A stretch of DNA of 64,000 bases from Ruditapes philippinarum (taxonomy: Eukaryota): contig NW_026865651.1 of assembly GCF_026571515.1 (NCBI RefSeq), positions 62,001 through 126,000 of the forward strand, given 5' to 3'. Position numbers and translations under genes: made by a program. Below are positions 26,705-40,561 of this stretch, one piece after another; within the stretch, counting starts at the first letter, position 1; every line of letters begins with the position of its first letter. Below the pieces are notes generated by a model that had not been told where the DNA came from, did no database searches, and was given only the letters and a program-made list of their open reading frames with translations.

Positions 26705-29700
26705 TCAGTGAAAAGTAGATATAAAAACATTTTTTTTTATCAAAAAGTCGAAGACGTGTTAAATAAAACAGGTATGATAAAGATAAATGATACTGTAAAT
26801 CGTGTCTCAATAAGAATTTAATATTGTGTTGAACTATTTTGAGATAACAAAACTACGGTTATGTTTTATAGTGTGATTGCTTTAAAACACGTAAATGGTG
26901 GAAGTAATATAACTATTTTGCACACATACATTTTGGAAAATTTTATTTGTGTAACTGCTTAACAAGAACCATATTCATCCTCATATTATATACAAATATC
27001 ACATTATAACTATAAGAGTTAAACAAATATAAAATGTTCATGGGGCTTCAGCATTTAAACCAGAAATGCAAAATTCTTGATGATGTTTGTATAATAAGTT
27101 AAATAAACCGTATATTAATGACACTTTAAATGATTTTTGAGTGATATACACATCAAAATCGCCTTACATTACGATGTAACGTTGCATGGCATGAGGGATT
27201 GATGGTTTTTTATTCGAATTGTAAATTATACTGCTTCTGAAAGTGCGATGGCGTTTCTCTACGTCTATGCAAACATCCATATGAAATTAGGTTCTACCAA
27301 TATGAAGGTAAAGAAGCACCCTAGAAACGATACCAAACATCATTTACTTGCAATTTGGTATATTACACAAATTATATATTATATTATATTATATTACACA
27401 AAAACTCCCATGTACAGTTTCTCTTGCGTTTTAGTTTTTTCGACAGAAAATAAAAAATGACTTCGAGTCAGCTAAATACTTATGAACTTAATAAGCAGTC
27501 TGTAATTGACACACTTTATCAGATCATAAATACCATCTTTGAAAAATAGTGTCAATATATTGACATGAATTCTCGAGTTACTTAATGTTGTCGGATTAAA
27601 AGAGTTTTCATAATGGAAATATTCATGTAAAAGATATATTGACTTAGCCTTTAACTTTCCATAAACCGAAAATGTAACTGATGGTTAAAGAAATTTGACC
27701 TTGTTTACATTTAAAGACATAGTTTTATTTGTGATACTGTTTGTAATTGACCTAGCGAATGATTGTAAAGGTTTGATTTTTTTCTCTGCAAAGGTACGTT
27801 GTCGTTCAACTTAATTTTACAGCCTAAGTTTTTAAATGCAGTTTGATGGACAGGAATTCAATTGGTCCTATGCAAGTTTTAGTAAAAATAAATAGTATCT
27901 GAAACATTCTCTGTATATAGCCTGTTATATGATAAGATGTAAATTATAAATGTTGCATTGGATATTTCTTTATCAGTAGTGTGTAAAGCTATATCATAAA
28001 TATGTACTTTGAATAAATACAAAACGCCATCCTTCTTATTGTTGTTTTTAACATGATAATCCAACTAATTTAATGTTTCAACGTTCAAAAATTGTTATTT
28101 CAGCAAACCAAAAAGAACCATATATATATTTACTAGGTTCTCTTTAAACTTCTCATGTAGGGAACTAATTAAATAAACGCTTAACACAAATCCTGGGTAT
28201 ACGAAACATATTTTGAATGTCCCAGTGAGTTTGCTATAAGCAGTGTTTTCTTAATGGCAAAGAATGTTGCATTATGCATTTGAGTACATATGTGCGCTCA
28301 TGCCTCAGTGTGTGATATAAATTAAAATAAATAAAACTTATCGATGACAGACAAAGAAGCAATATTTATCCAAAGTTTCTAAGATGAATGATCCATAGCC
28401 GCTGCGAGGACCCAGCGCTTCTCAGAAAGCTATGGGTATTGTGATTAGCTCGTGCAGTATATCTTGAAAAAATGTATAAACATAAAAACACTGATTACAG
28501 AAATGAAGTACAACTTTTTATTATATCGCTCTATACTTAACACAATTCGCTATAAGTACATAGTGGAAATTTAGACACATAATTAAATTGCAGCCTCGGT
28601 TTGTTTTCGTTTCAATGCATAACACACTTTTTGGCTTTTCTAGTAATTTAACTGATTAAATATTTGGCTGTTGTGGTTGGTATACCATGCATTTAATTTA
28701 AATATACTATTTATCTTCGTATTCCTCACTTCGGTCATTCATGTGCCTTTCATCTTATTTTTGTATTAAACCCTTTTCATTAAACACCTTACTTTTTATC
28801 TTCTTACATGTTACAATACAAATACCTTTGTATTATTACATAATTTGAGTAATGTTTCCAGATTGTCTAAAAGTTTGTATGCCTGCGGTAAATGCATAAA
28901 ATCGGCGGTCTACTAGATGTTAATGAAAATGTTGCAGTTCTAGAAGAACTTATATGTTTATATTTGATATATTTTTGTACTCCATAAACAAAATCTTATT
29001 AAACTTTTTCTTATGAAGTTCTATACTGAACATCTATTTTTATAGGGGAGTTCAAAGATAAAATCGTTCTGATCACTTGTTTAATTACCTGCTCCTACAA
29101 AAAAATTGCCAAATGTTCCGTGGATAAACCTTTAACAGATGCTCGGCTATTCGTTTCATGATATACAACGGTACATTTATATCTTCTTCACTTCGTACAG
29201 GTAAACTGCATGTCTGTTACCTCTTTTCCAGATTATTTTACTTCACAATAGCAGGTGTCAAACTGTATGGCAGGTGTAAAAATTGCCCTGTATTCAATGT
29301 TATTCTATTTTTCTTGGGACATAAAATGTTGAAAATTGAATACCGCTTAAGCCGCTGGATGCTTGCACTATGAACAGACTGTCTCAAACCGTGTCTAGAA
29401 GTTTTATGTACAAGGTAGCATATTCTAGGCCATTCATTTTCTACATCTTTGAAATTAGGTACAAAAATTAAACATGCATGTGTTATGATAATAAAGTAAT
29501 TTCTGATGCAATATTTGCAGAGCATTTCATATATATTCTTAATTGACTTGTTCAAAAGTAACTTGTACTCAACTTAAACTTTTTGTATAAAGGAAAATAC
29601 TATTATAATAGTTTATTATTGTGGTAAGAATTTTCAACTTTATTCATATTATTTGATATGATTTATATAAGTAAAATCTATGGCAATTCCTACGCAATTC

Positions 29701-30424
29701 TGAGTATGCAACTAATTTATAAAGGCGAAATAACAACGTCATTAGAAACTGACGTGGGCGGGGATGAATATTTATTGATTATTATTCCTTAGCGACAGTA
29801 GAATGCGAAACATTACAGCCCAATACGAAACTCGGTAGCTGAAAAACTCATTACTTGAAAAAATAGCGTTAGTGAATTCTCTTATTTAGTCATATTAGCA
29901 TGTCGGTTTGATGACACTAAATCAACCATTTAGGTATACGGTCTTCGCGGTCAATTATTTGGCATCAAAACTCTTAACCGGTGTTAAATAGCCGATAAAC
30001 ACCAACGAGACCGATATTATTTCTTAAACCTACCACTTTCTGTTGTACGAAAGAAACCATTGATAGTTTTAAATAATTACAACTTATCACGAACAGAAAT
30101 ATGTTATTATATTTTCCACTGTGACTGATATTAATTCTTTAACCAACTACTTTCTGTTCTTATATTGCACGAAATAGGTCAGGGTAGTTTTGAAAAAATA
30201 CAACTTTAATATTACGAACAGAAGCAAGTTTAAACACAGGCTAAAAAAAGATATATAAAAAGGTTATTCTAATTCCAAAATAATAATGATAATAATAAAA
30301 TCGAAGTAACAAAATAAGATTATATTCTATTTATGTCTTAATGAAAAAAAAGAAGAAATTACCAAATTACAGAGGTTCTCACGTGTATTTATAATTAATA
30401 CAACAAAATAATACAATATCTAAT

Positions 30425-30511
30425 ATCATAATTTAGTTCCGTTTCCTAAAATCGCGCGATGGATTTAACTTCCTTGTAGGCCATTTTGAAAACAGCAGCG
30501 AAATGGTGAGT
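30425..30511 (+). promoter_or_regulatory. Extra HSPA12 promoter/5'UTR/ATG-only exon module (orphan, or alternative first exon of copy 3)
   Basis: Same block as at 433-515, 18097-18179 and 32376-32458 (ttagttccgtttcctaaaatcgcgc...gccattttgaaaacagcagcgaaATG|gtgagt). It is followed by about 1.2 kb of diverged intron-1-like sequence but no gene body of its own. Confidence 0.75.
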
Positions 30512-32257
30512 TGTTATTATTATTTTACTTCTCAGCGAAAGGTCATTCTAAGAGATAATTCTATACATGCGATACAATCAACAATTTTTATTTCAATTAA
30601 TATCTCGTGAAAAATCGGAAAAGAGAAAAAATGCCACTTATTTCAAAAGAAAACATGACACAAAGGCTGTAAAAATTGATTTAATGTCGAGATATAGTCT
30701 TTATTTTCGGAAGAAACCATTGAAAGAGGAAGACAGTGGACGAAATACTTTGATATAACTTTCCGAATCGTTCTTGATCGTTCGATGTAAATGTCCATGT
30801 CGCGTGAGATACAATATTTGTAAGTGCGAGTTTCGACTTGTTCGCTTTCCTTAGAGGACTGTAGTATTATGCTACCTTCCACGAAATTACAACATTTACA
30901 GGTGTAACATTAAAGACCCATTATTCTCCAGAAATGCTTTTTACTATATCTCAAAACTTCTCCTATATCGATCAAGCTTCATATTCATGGTGGCCGGCTA
31001 CAGTTTCCAAATAGATATTGACAAGTTATCTACCCGAAACATCATTTGCTTCTATTTGGCATTTAGTACCGTTAAAATGATTTAGCATTTAGTATGGAAG
31101 TCAAAGTACTACTTTGTTCGCATTTTGCTACTTTTATGAACATGAATTTCACATTCAGTGCTATTTTCTTCAGGAAATAAGCATTTAAATTCTATAGAAC
31201 CATTATTTAAACGTTATAAAAACACATGATTGCTATTTCTGAAGAAGAAATATTTATTTCTTTTTGAAACAAAATATACTAATCTGTTTGTCTTTTCATT
31301 AGTTTACACATGAATATATTAATATCCTCATACATTTGCATTTTATAACATAAACAACAGCCAGTATCTATTTCAATCGTTAAAATTTTAACGCTCGTAT
31401 AACAATCTTATCGTGCTTTTAAACGACAAACAATAAAACAGCGACACATAATAACATAACGATCAAATTACGCAAACGTTCAATTTGTATAAAAATATTC
31501 ATAATGTGTTTAATCAATAGGTAAATACAAATATTATCATCAGCGATGTATAACTTTGAGTAGATTTGACCCGCCGCAAAAAGATATATGGATTAAATGA
31601 TATAAGGTATTTTGAAAATAAAAACTATGTTTAAATACGACATTTTTGATTAACTGGCAAATCACGCTACAACATATGAACTATTTCAAGTGATAATAAA
31701 TAAAATCCCACATACACTAACGCAACGGGTTTTATCTGTATCATTTGATATGATTGATATAAGTAAAATTTATTGCAATTCATAAGCAATTCTAAACTGA
31801 TAAAGATGTCAAGGTTGACGCTATTTTAAACTAACATGGGTTGGGAATGTAAACTGATTTATCGATCACCGATGTAAAACAGTCTGACACGTAGGTTTAA
31901 ATTGTATTAAAATTGATTAGATAATGTTTGAAAAAAAGATGAAACATTTCTCCTTAAGTTATTTGTTTCTAAAAAAAATCTTAATGCCTGAGAGACAGTA
32001 GGGTGCGAAATATAACAGCCAAGTACAAAAATCGGCAGCGGCTTTAATCTCTGCTTGAAACATAGAAGGAAATAAAACGGTGTTAAACAGCCAATTAACA
32101 CTGATAAGGGACTTCATGCATATGCCGGTGTTCTTTTTTTTAAACATGCTCTCCCTCCGATAATATAGATTAAGCTTTATAAGGTAACAATAATAACGCA
32201 TTTTATTGATATTTTCGGTTCTTACTATGTTGTCTTTTCATTTGATAATGAAAGAAC

Positions 32258-32312
<55 letters not shown>

Positions 32313-32318
32313 TAATAA
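32258..32318. repeat. (AAT)n microsatellite, about 17 perfect units
   Basis: Read directly; about 130 bp upstream of the copy-3 ATG exon. Confidence 0.95.
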
Positions 32319-32449
32319 CTGAAATACAGAGATTGTCACGTATTATTACAGCAAAATAGTTGAATGTGTTATATTATAATTTAGTTCCGTTTCCTAAAAT
32401 CGCGCAATGCATTTAACTTCCTTGTAGCCATTTTGAAAACAGCAGCGAA

Positions 32450-35400
32450 ATGGTGAGTAATTATTGTTTTACTTCTTCCTTTTTCTCAGCGCTAGGTCAT
32501 TCTTAGAGATGCTTCAGAAAAAATCATACGATCAGGTGATTTTTCCAAACAGAAACCATGTTTTTTAATGAACATTTTGTCAAAAATCGGTTAATAGAAA
32601 AAAGTTGCAAATTACTTCAAACGAAAACATGCTTCTATAAGTTCAAAAACTATGATATCTTACAATAGTTTAAAGTTGAGATGTATTCCGTACTAGTATT
32701 TATAAAAAAACAACAACACATTATATGGGGAAGGTAGGGGACAGGAGATTTTTATATTAGATTATTGAACTTTCCAGATTGTTTTTGACCTTGATAGATA
32801 TGAACGTTTATATCGCGCGACATACCATCTTATCACAATTTTGTTATTGCGAGTTTCGACTTGTTAACATTCCTTCAGATACAGGAAAGGATGAACTGTA
32901 ATATTACGCTACCTTCCACGATATTACAACATTGAAGTGTAACATTAAAGACACATTTTTTTTACTATACCTCAAATACAGGAAATAAGATTTTTAAAGT
33001 TTCTAAAACCGTTACATAAACGTTAAAACTCATAAGAGCATTTCAGAAGATTAATAATTCATTTGTTTCAGTCTGAGGCATTATGTGCCTGTTTGTCTGT
33101 TTCTATATTAGTTTTCACATGGATATGTGATCAGTTTATAACATGAAAATCAGTCAGCATCACAATTTTAGTAAAAATAATAAAACTACTTATTTCGATC
33201 ATTAACATATGGTCCATGAAATATTGAATATAATATGCGTTATAACATACTTTAAATAGAACATTTTATTGTATTTTGTGTGATATTATAAAGGGTCTGT
33301 TTACTAAATAAAATGTTTATGAAAAGTTAATTTTTGAAACACTCTCGTATTGTATTCTTATCGGGTTCTTATGTGAACAATTAAATATCATGGGTTCAAT
33401 TTGTTTAAAGGTATTCCAAGTGTGTTTTATCGCTGAGATAAGTTCTGTTTACACAAAACATTTTACACTTCGTTTCGATCTCATTACATTTACTAGTGTA
33501 CTGTTTATTTTACATCAGAACTCAGTATAATTTACATTGAGTGTAAAAATTAGTTTAACGAAATATCGAGTACAAAATAAATTGTTCTATTTGTATGTTT
33601 TCACACAATTAATGTGGTGGGTGGAGTAATGAACCCTTTAAGGTCTATCTATAGTAATCCTAAATGTATTTGTTTGCGAAGCCAAGGCCGTTTTACCTTT
33701 TTAACAGTTTTTTTATATTTTTCTTTTTCATCATATCTGTTTGTATTGAATTAAAGCTATAAGTAGATTGTTGATTTAACACTATTCTTTATACTTTAAT
33801 TTCCATTTAAATTATTTCATATGTGATTCTTTTAATAATACTGTCATTCTTTTGCACATGATGAAAGTCAAACTTGAAATACCTAAATCAATACTAGAAA
33901 ATTAAAGTTGTCCTATTTTGAAGAGACATCAATATCAATATACTTACAATTTAATTTCTTTGTTTACATTTTTTCTTAGCTACAATAAATTACTTTGTCA
34001 TTGTTGTACAAGCATTGCTAACAGTTCTATATGTTTCAAAAACTAAGAAATAACAATTGCAATTTGTATTTGGGCAGGTATTTTTATTAAAGATACTTGT
34101 ATCATAGTTTGGGAAGTTTCTGTTGAAAATGTGTCAGAGTTAAATTGTATACATATACATGCACAGTGCGTTAACTGGAGTGCAGGTATTAGTTATTGGT
34201 TGGCTCATTTTTGCTGGGGTTTACTTATTGTGACGGCAGAGAATGGGAAAGCAATAGAAATATCATATTCAGATGCTCATTCATTGGTAACATTTTACTG
34301 GGGTTTCATATTGTGACAGCAGGGAACGTGTTTTTATGTTTGACCATGATACAAAAGAGAAAGAACATCAAAACACTCGGCAATCTGATTAATACTCGGG
34401 GCTACACCCCCCTCGTACAAATCAGATAGCCTCGTGTTTCGATGCTCTTTCTATTACATATTGTTTCAAATTCAATAATGTCTAGAGTTTATCTTAATTA
34501 TAATACGGTGTATTAGTCTATGGAACTTTATGTAAGTTTAAGTTTTGAAAATTGAGTACCGCTAAAGCCTGTGCGAAGGGTACAGATTCAATCAAACCGA
34601 GTCTGCAATTTTCATGTAATTTTGTTGTGATTTTGACATTACATAACTTTAATCTAAGGAACTATATATAACTTTAATCTATGCAAAATTAAAAATCTTT
34701 ATAGCGATTTCAAAGTCATATATAGTAATTGATACATGATGATTTATCTCTATCATTCGGCATAAAATAAATCAGAGACTAAATAATTATTATTCCTGTT
34801 CTAATTGGATTCATTGAATTTGGTCATGCTTTTTATTTCTTTCATAACACTTGAATGTTAAGATTACAGTTTAATGTACTTCATATAAATTATAAATTTG
34901 CAATAAAAATGGTAAATAAAATTATGCCGTAATGTCAATATTTTTAAAAGAATGTCATTTTTCTTGACACTGCTAGTTTTTTTCAGGGCTTTGTATATTA
35001 ATAATTCTCTTAGGTACATAAATAATAAGCTTTAATCAAATGATTTGGATATCAGCTCAATCAGATTGCATGTTTTCATCTATTTATAGGCTGGTAATAT
35101 TTTGGTTGGTTCTATAGACTTTGGAACAACGTATTCAGGATGGGCAGTTATGTTTTCCCATGAATTTGAATCAGAGCCGACGAAAGGATTTGTTAAGCAA
35201 TGGCATTCGGGCTCGATAATCACAGAAAAAACACCTACAGTGGTACTTATACAACCAGGCGGCAATAAACTAGAGAACTTTGGTTACGATGCTGAGAACC
35301 GTTATAAAGAGCTAATAGAACAGGGAGAACACGAGGGATACTACTACTTTCAGAGATTTAAAATGAAACTTCATAAACAATTGGGCGATGTAAGGAATAT

Positions 35401-38400
35401 CTTAATTTTGAATGAGTTCCACGTGACTGTGCAATTACTTGATTGTTACACATTGCTTAGTTTGATTATCCTGCTTTAACTTATTTCATTTCTTTATTAT
35501 TTTTTCTTGCATTGATCTAAACTCCCGATTAGTAATTAATTTGTAATGATTGCTAACAGCATCGTTAACGGTTGATATGATGTTTCGTTTGAATGTATTT
35601 CTGCCGTTTCTAAATCCACCTTTTATTTCATGCTTTTGTGTGGATAACTGATTTATCATTGAAAATTATATTTGATAATTTTACAGTGAAAATTATCATT
35701 TTATAATTTCACACTTTTGAAAGAAGAGACTACTTTTAAAAGATTTATCTTTTTCGGTACATCACTTTTATTTAAATTTATGGTTACAATGCCATCCTAT
35801 CTAGAGCTGTTTAGAAGCAAAGCAAAGCTAAAATTTATAAATAATTTATATTTCAAAAGTAATCAAAACGATAAAACTTACTTCAATAAATTCCATTTAC
35901 CGATTAACAAATTCGTCTCTACTTTTTGATTTCCTTCTTAACAGTCTGATAATTACACTTCTTTCATAATGCAAAACTGTTCTTGATGACATTTGGGCAT
36001 ATTTAACAATCCTACAAGCAATAACTGTAAAATCTGTTTAAAAACAATGGCGGTCATCTGCCCGAATAATTACCAAGCGTTCGTAAGACAGCTTTTCAAA
36101 AGATCCCATGTTTCCAAATTCCTAGTCGCTTCTTGAATGTGTACGCATATGGCAACAGTTACAATCTACGAATAAGTATTCTTTCTTATGATAGATGTAA
36201 CATTATCAAAGCCAAATGAAATCCCTTAGAATCAAGCACATTTTATTCTTTCCTCGTTTGAAATAAACAACTTTTAAAAATGGCCGTCGAATGATAAGGA
36301 CTATTACATCTTTCTGCATTATAAGTGTATAAAAGAAAATTAAGTTCGACATGATGTAACTTTCCCATCTTTTTTAAATGTTTGTTTTATTGTTTAAAAA
36401 AAGGATCTATCATACTTTTTTGTTTAAAACAATATCATCGCTATTTAATGATTAATGTTGATTTTCGATCTTATTTTTTAGCTCAAGACTTCTTGAGCTA
36501 TTTATGAGAAATTCGTCCGAAATTGAGGCTTCCAGTGGAAAATACAGATTATAATTAGTTAATATTGAGGAAATTTCATTTAAACTTGTTTGAAGCATAA
36601 AATAAAAAAGAAAATTTGTTTGCTTGTGGTATAAGATGTAATTTTCTTTCATCTCGTGGGAAAACTGTTTTTAAAGCTCACTCGATGAAATAAAATTTCA
36701 ATTTATGCACAAACAAACAAATATACACTATATATTCGTTCACTTCAATAAAAAGTCTTTCCATGTATTTTTATCACACTTTTTTCCTCTGAAGGCTCTT
36801 GTTAAAAGTAGTAATAATTAATCAATTCGATTCTTCTCCTTTATCACCTTTCAACTACGATTGTTTTTTTAACCCTCCTTGGTATCGGTCCAATGTTTCA
36901 CAATAGTCTCTTCCGAACGTTTGAAATAACGGCAAGATATTCAATTAGCTGCTATTACCTTTTGCAACAGGAAATTGTCAGGATTGCGTTCCGTTGATGT
37001 TGTTTTCCCATATTGATATTAACTGTTGTAGTTTGATCATAAATATTACATATAATGGAATTTTTCTTTTCAATCATTTTTCATATTTTGGCATTCAGAA
37101 AATCGACTTGAATATGACGTTGGCGGATGAAATGGGACGCAAACTACCTGCAATTGATGTTTTTGCTATGGCAATAGAATACCTTGTTGATGATATGCAT
37201 AAGGTTATCAAAGACAGAATGTCCGGAGGTATTGAGAAGTCTGAGGTTCATTGGGTTATCACTGTTCCGGCTATTTGGACAGATTCAGCAAAACAGTTCA
37301 TGAGAAAAGCTGGTGAACAGGTTCGTTATCATTATATTTTAGATATTTTTCATTTAAAAGTTTATTGTTTAGTTTTAATTTTGATAAAAATTATCAAAAG
37401 TACTGCTGTGGACCATTTCAATAAAATCTAACAATGTCTCTTCAGGCTGGAATTGATGATCGCAAATTAAGTATCGCACTTGAACCAGAAGCGGCCTCCA
37501 TTTTCTGTCGCCATTTGTCAGTTGAAAAAAGGATCGACACTACTAATGTCTGCATTGCTTCCTTCCCAGCTGAAACGAGATACATGGTGCTAGATGCTGG
37601 AGGTATATATTTATAAATCTCTCAGATAAGGTTAATAATGGGGAATATTCTCAATTCATAAAAGCATATTGTAGTGCTCCCGTGAGCGCCACGAAATATC
37701 ACGTAATAATGATGAATCGATCGGACGTACAGACGGACATATGACTGATTACAATATTATAGAACTAAGTCTGGACATTTCGGAAATAATCACTTAAGGA
37801 TATTATCAGTTATTTTTAAACAAAATAATTTATTTTAATAAATTCCCTTAACAGTAAATAATGTCAGGATTGCAACTTTAAAAAATCAGATGATGCAATA
37901 AAATAATGGCACAACGAATTGCAAAAGAGTCAAGAGTCTGACAGAACTTACACATTCAACAGTCATTTAAATATTACGGAGTCGTCAAAGCTTCCCACTT
38001 TTGAGTTAATATATAAAATAATAAAATGCAATTTTTGTCATCAAATACAAAAATCTATCGTTAAAATCTCTCAATTATTTCCTTGAATGATATTTACTTA
38101 TCTTAAATTATATGTCCAAAAATAAAATCAGTACAAAAAACTTCACTATTTACCCGGAGCCAAATAAAATCGAATTACCCGAAAATCTGAATGGGGACCC
38201 TCGTATACTTGCCAAAAAATCTGGCAGTCCAGCACAAAAAATGCTGTCAAATAAATGTAAAGGATTCCCATACAAATAAATCTAAAGGATTCCCATACAA
38301 GTAAGGGAAATCCGTCATAAAATATCACGGGTTCATGAAAAACCGTCATAAAATTATGGGGAACAAAATTTTTTTAGTGAATGTTTTAGACAAAGATTTC

Positions 38401-40561
38401 ATAAATAACTTCAATGAAATTATGTTATTTATTACATTAAGGTAGTGAACATCTAATAAGCATTATTAGAGAACGGTCAAATTGACAACATAGGACAGAT
38501 GCATGCCTTAAATGACTCCTTTACGCAAAATTTAAACATAATTTACCGTATGGTTTATGAGTTTTGATGTATGGATTTGATTTACACGTGCACACAACAA
38601 CATGTTTACTAATTTAGTTATGACCCTGACCAATAAATGACATTGACCGTCAAATGATTGAATTCTGCTTATATTTCCTTAACTTTGTCATATATTTATG
38701 GAAATTATTCATAACTGGACAAAACAAGAAGTGTGACTAGGACAGACCTATTTTACAATAAAATAGAATAAAAAGCTTAACTGTTTTTATTTAATTTCCT
38801 TTTAAAGATTTGTCTAAACCGTTTATGTGTTTGGTTTTAGAAAACGTGAAAAAAGTCGAGCGTTGTCCCTGCCCTGCGGTGGCTCTTTTATGCAATGATA
38901 ATTATTCACATATTTCTTGAGTAGAAAAAGTTAATGAGGAAAAGTAGAGCTAAATAAATAATAATAAAAATCGGGCCGGGTTAACCAGAAATCAGATTGA
39001 CTTGGGGACGGATTGACTTAATTGGCGCCGGATTGATTTGAGGCCGGGTCGACTTTGGGCCGGGTTGACTGGTACCGCATTTATATATGCAATAGCACTG
39101 TTTTGTACAATAAAAAACAAAAAATACGTTAATAATTTCATAAATGAACAATACAATAAGTACAATAAGGACATAATATACCAGTTCTCCCATGTTAGAA
39201 CATTATCCAGTTTAGTGAAGTTACTGATTATCGAGTCATGTATCAATTGACTTTTAACTTTAAACCAAGTCTTTTTAAATGTTATACAGTGACAAGTTAT
39301 GGCCAAAACGCAATTGAATAAGGAATTACGTTTTTATTTCTGACACTTAGTCTTAATTACGGACGGTTTCTTAACCATAACGATTTTATATTATTACAAT
39401 ATTTTATTGCAGAATCTCAAAATTTTGAGTGTATTAAGTGTAAAAATATGTTCAAGTGATTCAAAATATAATTGAAAAAGATACCGATTTTGATATTTAA
39501 CAGGTGGAACAATAGATATAACAGTCCATGAAGTCCAACCTAATGGCGCTGTTAAAGAAATACAAGCTGCAAGTGGAGGCGGTTGGGGTGGTACTCTAGT
39601 AGACCAAGCTTTTGAAAAGCTGATCATTGATTTAGTAGGAAAAAGTGTTTATCAAGATTTCAAACAGGAAAGCCCGGATGACTGGCTAGATCTTTGGCGC
39701 GATTTTGAACTTAAGAAAAGAACAATCAAACCTGATAAGGAGACAAAAGTTGTCATGAAGATACCCGAAACTCTTCGTGAGCAGTATAAACGTAAATTCC
39801 GACAAACCTTTAAAGAGGCCGTTGAATCATCTTCATATGCTGAAAATATTACATTTGTTGCTGACAAGATGAAGTTTGACGCAATCGTATTTAAAAAGCT
39901 TTTTGATGTTTCTTTGGCCAAAACAATACAACATATGGAAAACCTTATCAGAGATCCAGCCGTCCGACACATTAAAGCCATTTTAATGGTTGGAGGTTTT
40001 TCTGAGTCTCCTTTGCTTCAAGAGAGGGTTAAATCGTGTTTTCCTGGCATTGATGTCATTATACCTGCAGAAGCGTCCTCGTCGATATTGAGAGGAGCGC
40101 TTATTTTTGGACACAGTCCAACTTCGATCTCAGAAAGAGTTCTGAGGTATACATATGGGGTGCGTGTATCAAGGCCATTTATAGAAGGCGTAGATCCAGA
40201 AAGCAAGCGTGTAATGACTGATTCGGGACCTCATTGCACGGGCACATTTGACAAGCATGTTGAGAGAAATAAAAAAGTAAAAGTAGGAGAGCCACAGATA
40301 ACACAAATTTACACACCAAGGAACAGGGATCAAAAAGCCTTAACATTTCCCGTATATGCGTCAGAGATGAAAGATCCCAAATATACCGATGTGGGATGCA
40401 AATTCATCGGGGATATGAGGATAGAGCTGCCATACCATGATGGAGACTTGTCGCGTGAAGTTGAAGTTAGCCTTACATTTAGTGGTACAGAAATTGAGGT
40501 GACAACACATGATGTAAAATCTGGGAAATTAGAAAAAGCATCCATTGATTTCCTCGGGTAA
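32450..40561 (+). CDS. HSPA12: HSPA12-like atypical Hsp70, copy 3 (579 aa, intact)
   Basis: Exons 32450-32452 (ATG; alternative ATG exon at 30503-30505), 35090-35389, 37099-37320, 37446-37602, 39504-40561. GT-AG introns, 1740 nt open frame, same motifs as copy 1, one-codon deletion in exon 2 (HSGSII). Confidence 0.92.
35620..36720. mobile_element. About 1.1-kb insertion in intron 2 of HSPA12 copy 3
   Basis: Intron 2 is 1709 bp versus 603 and 609 in the paralogs. The extra sequence is bounded by ttttatttcat...atgaaataaaa. Class unknown and ends approximate. Confidence 0.45.
38441..38600. mobile_element. Truncated relative of the 59357-60152 element in intron 4 of HSPA12 copy 3
   Basis: ttaa|ggtagt start and shared blocks ttgacaacat.ggacag, atgccttaaatg, gcaaaatttaaaca.aatttaccgt.tggtt.atgagtt. 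No right TIR found; the right boundary is approximate. Confidence 0.6.
38972..39076. repeat. Array of ~15-bp GC-rich repeats (ggccgggttgact-like), probably a transposon end
   Basis: About six degenerate copies in intron 4 of copy 3; paralog-homologous intron sequence resumes immediately after. Confidence 0.55.
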
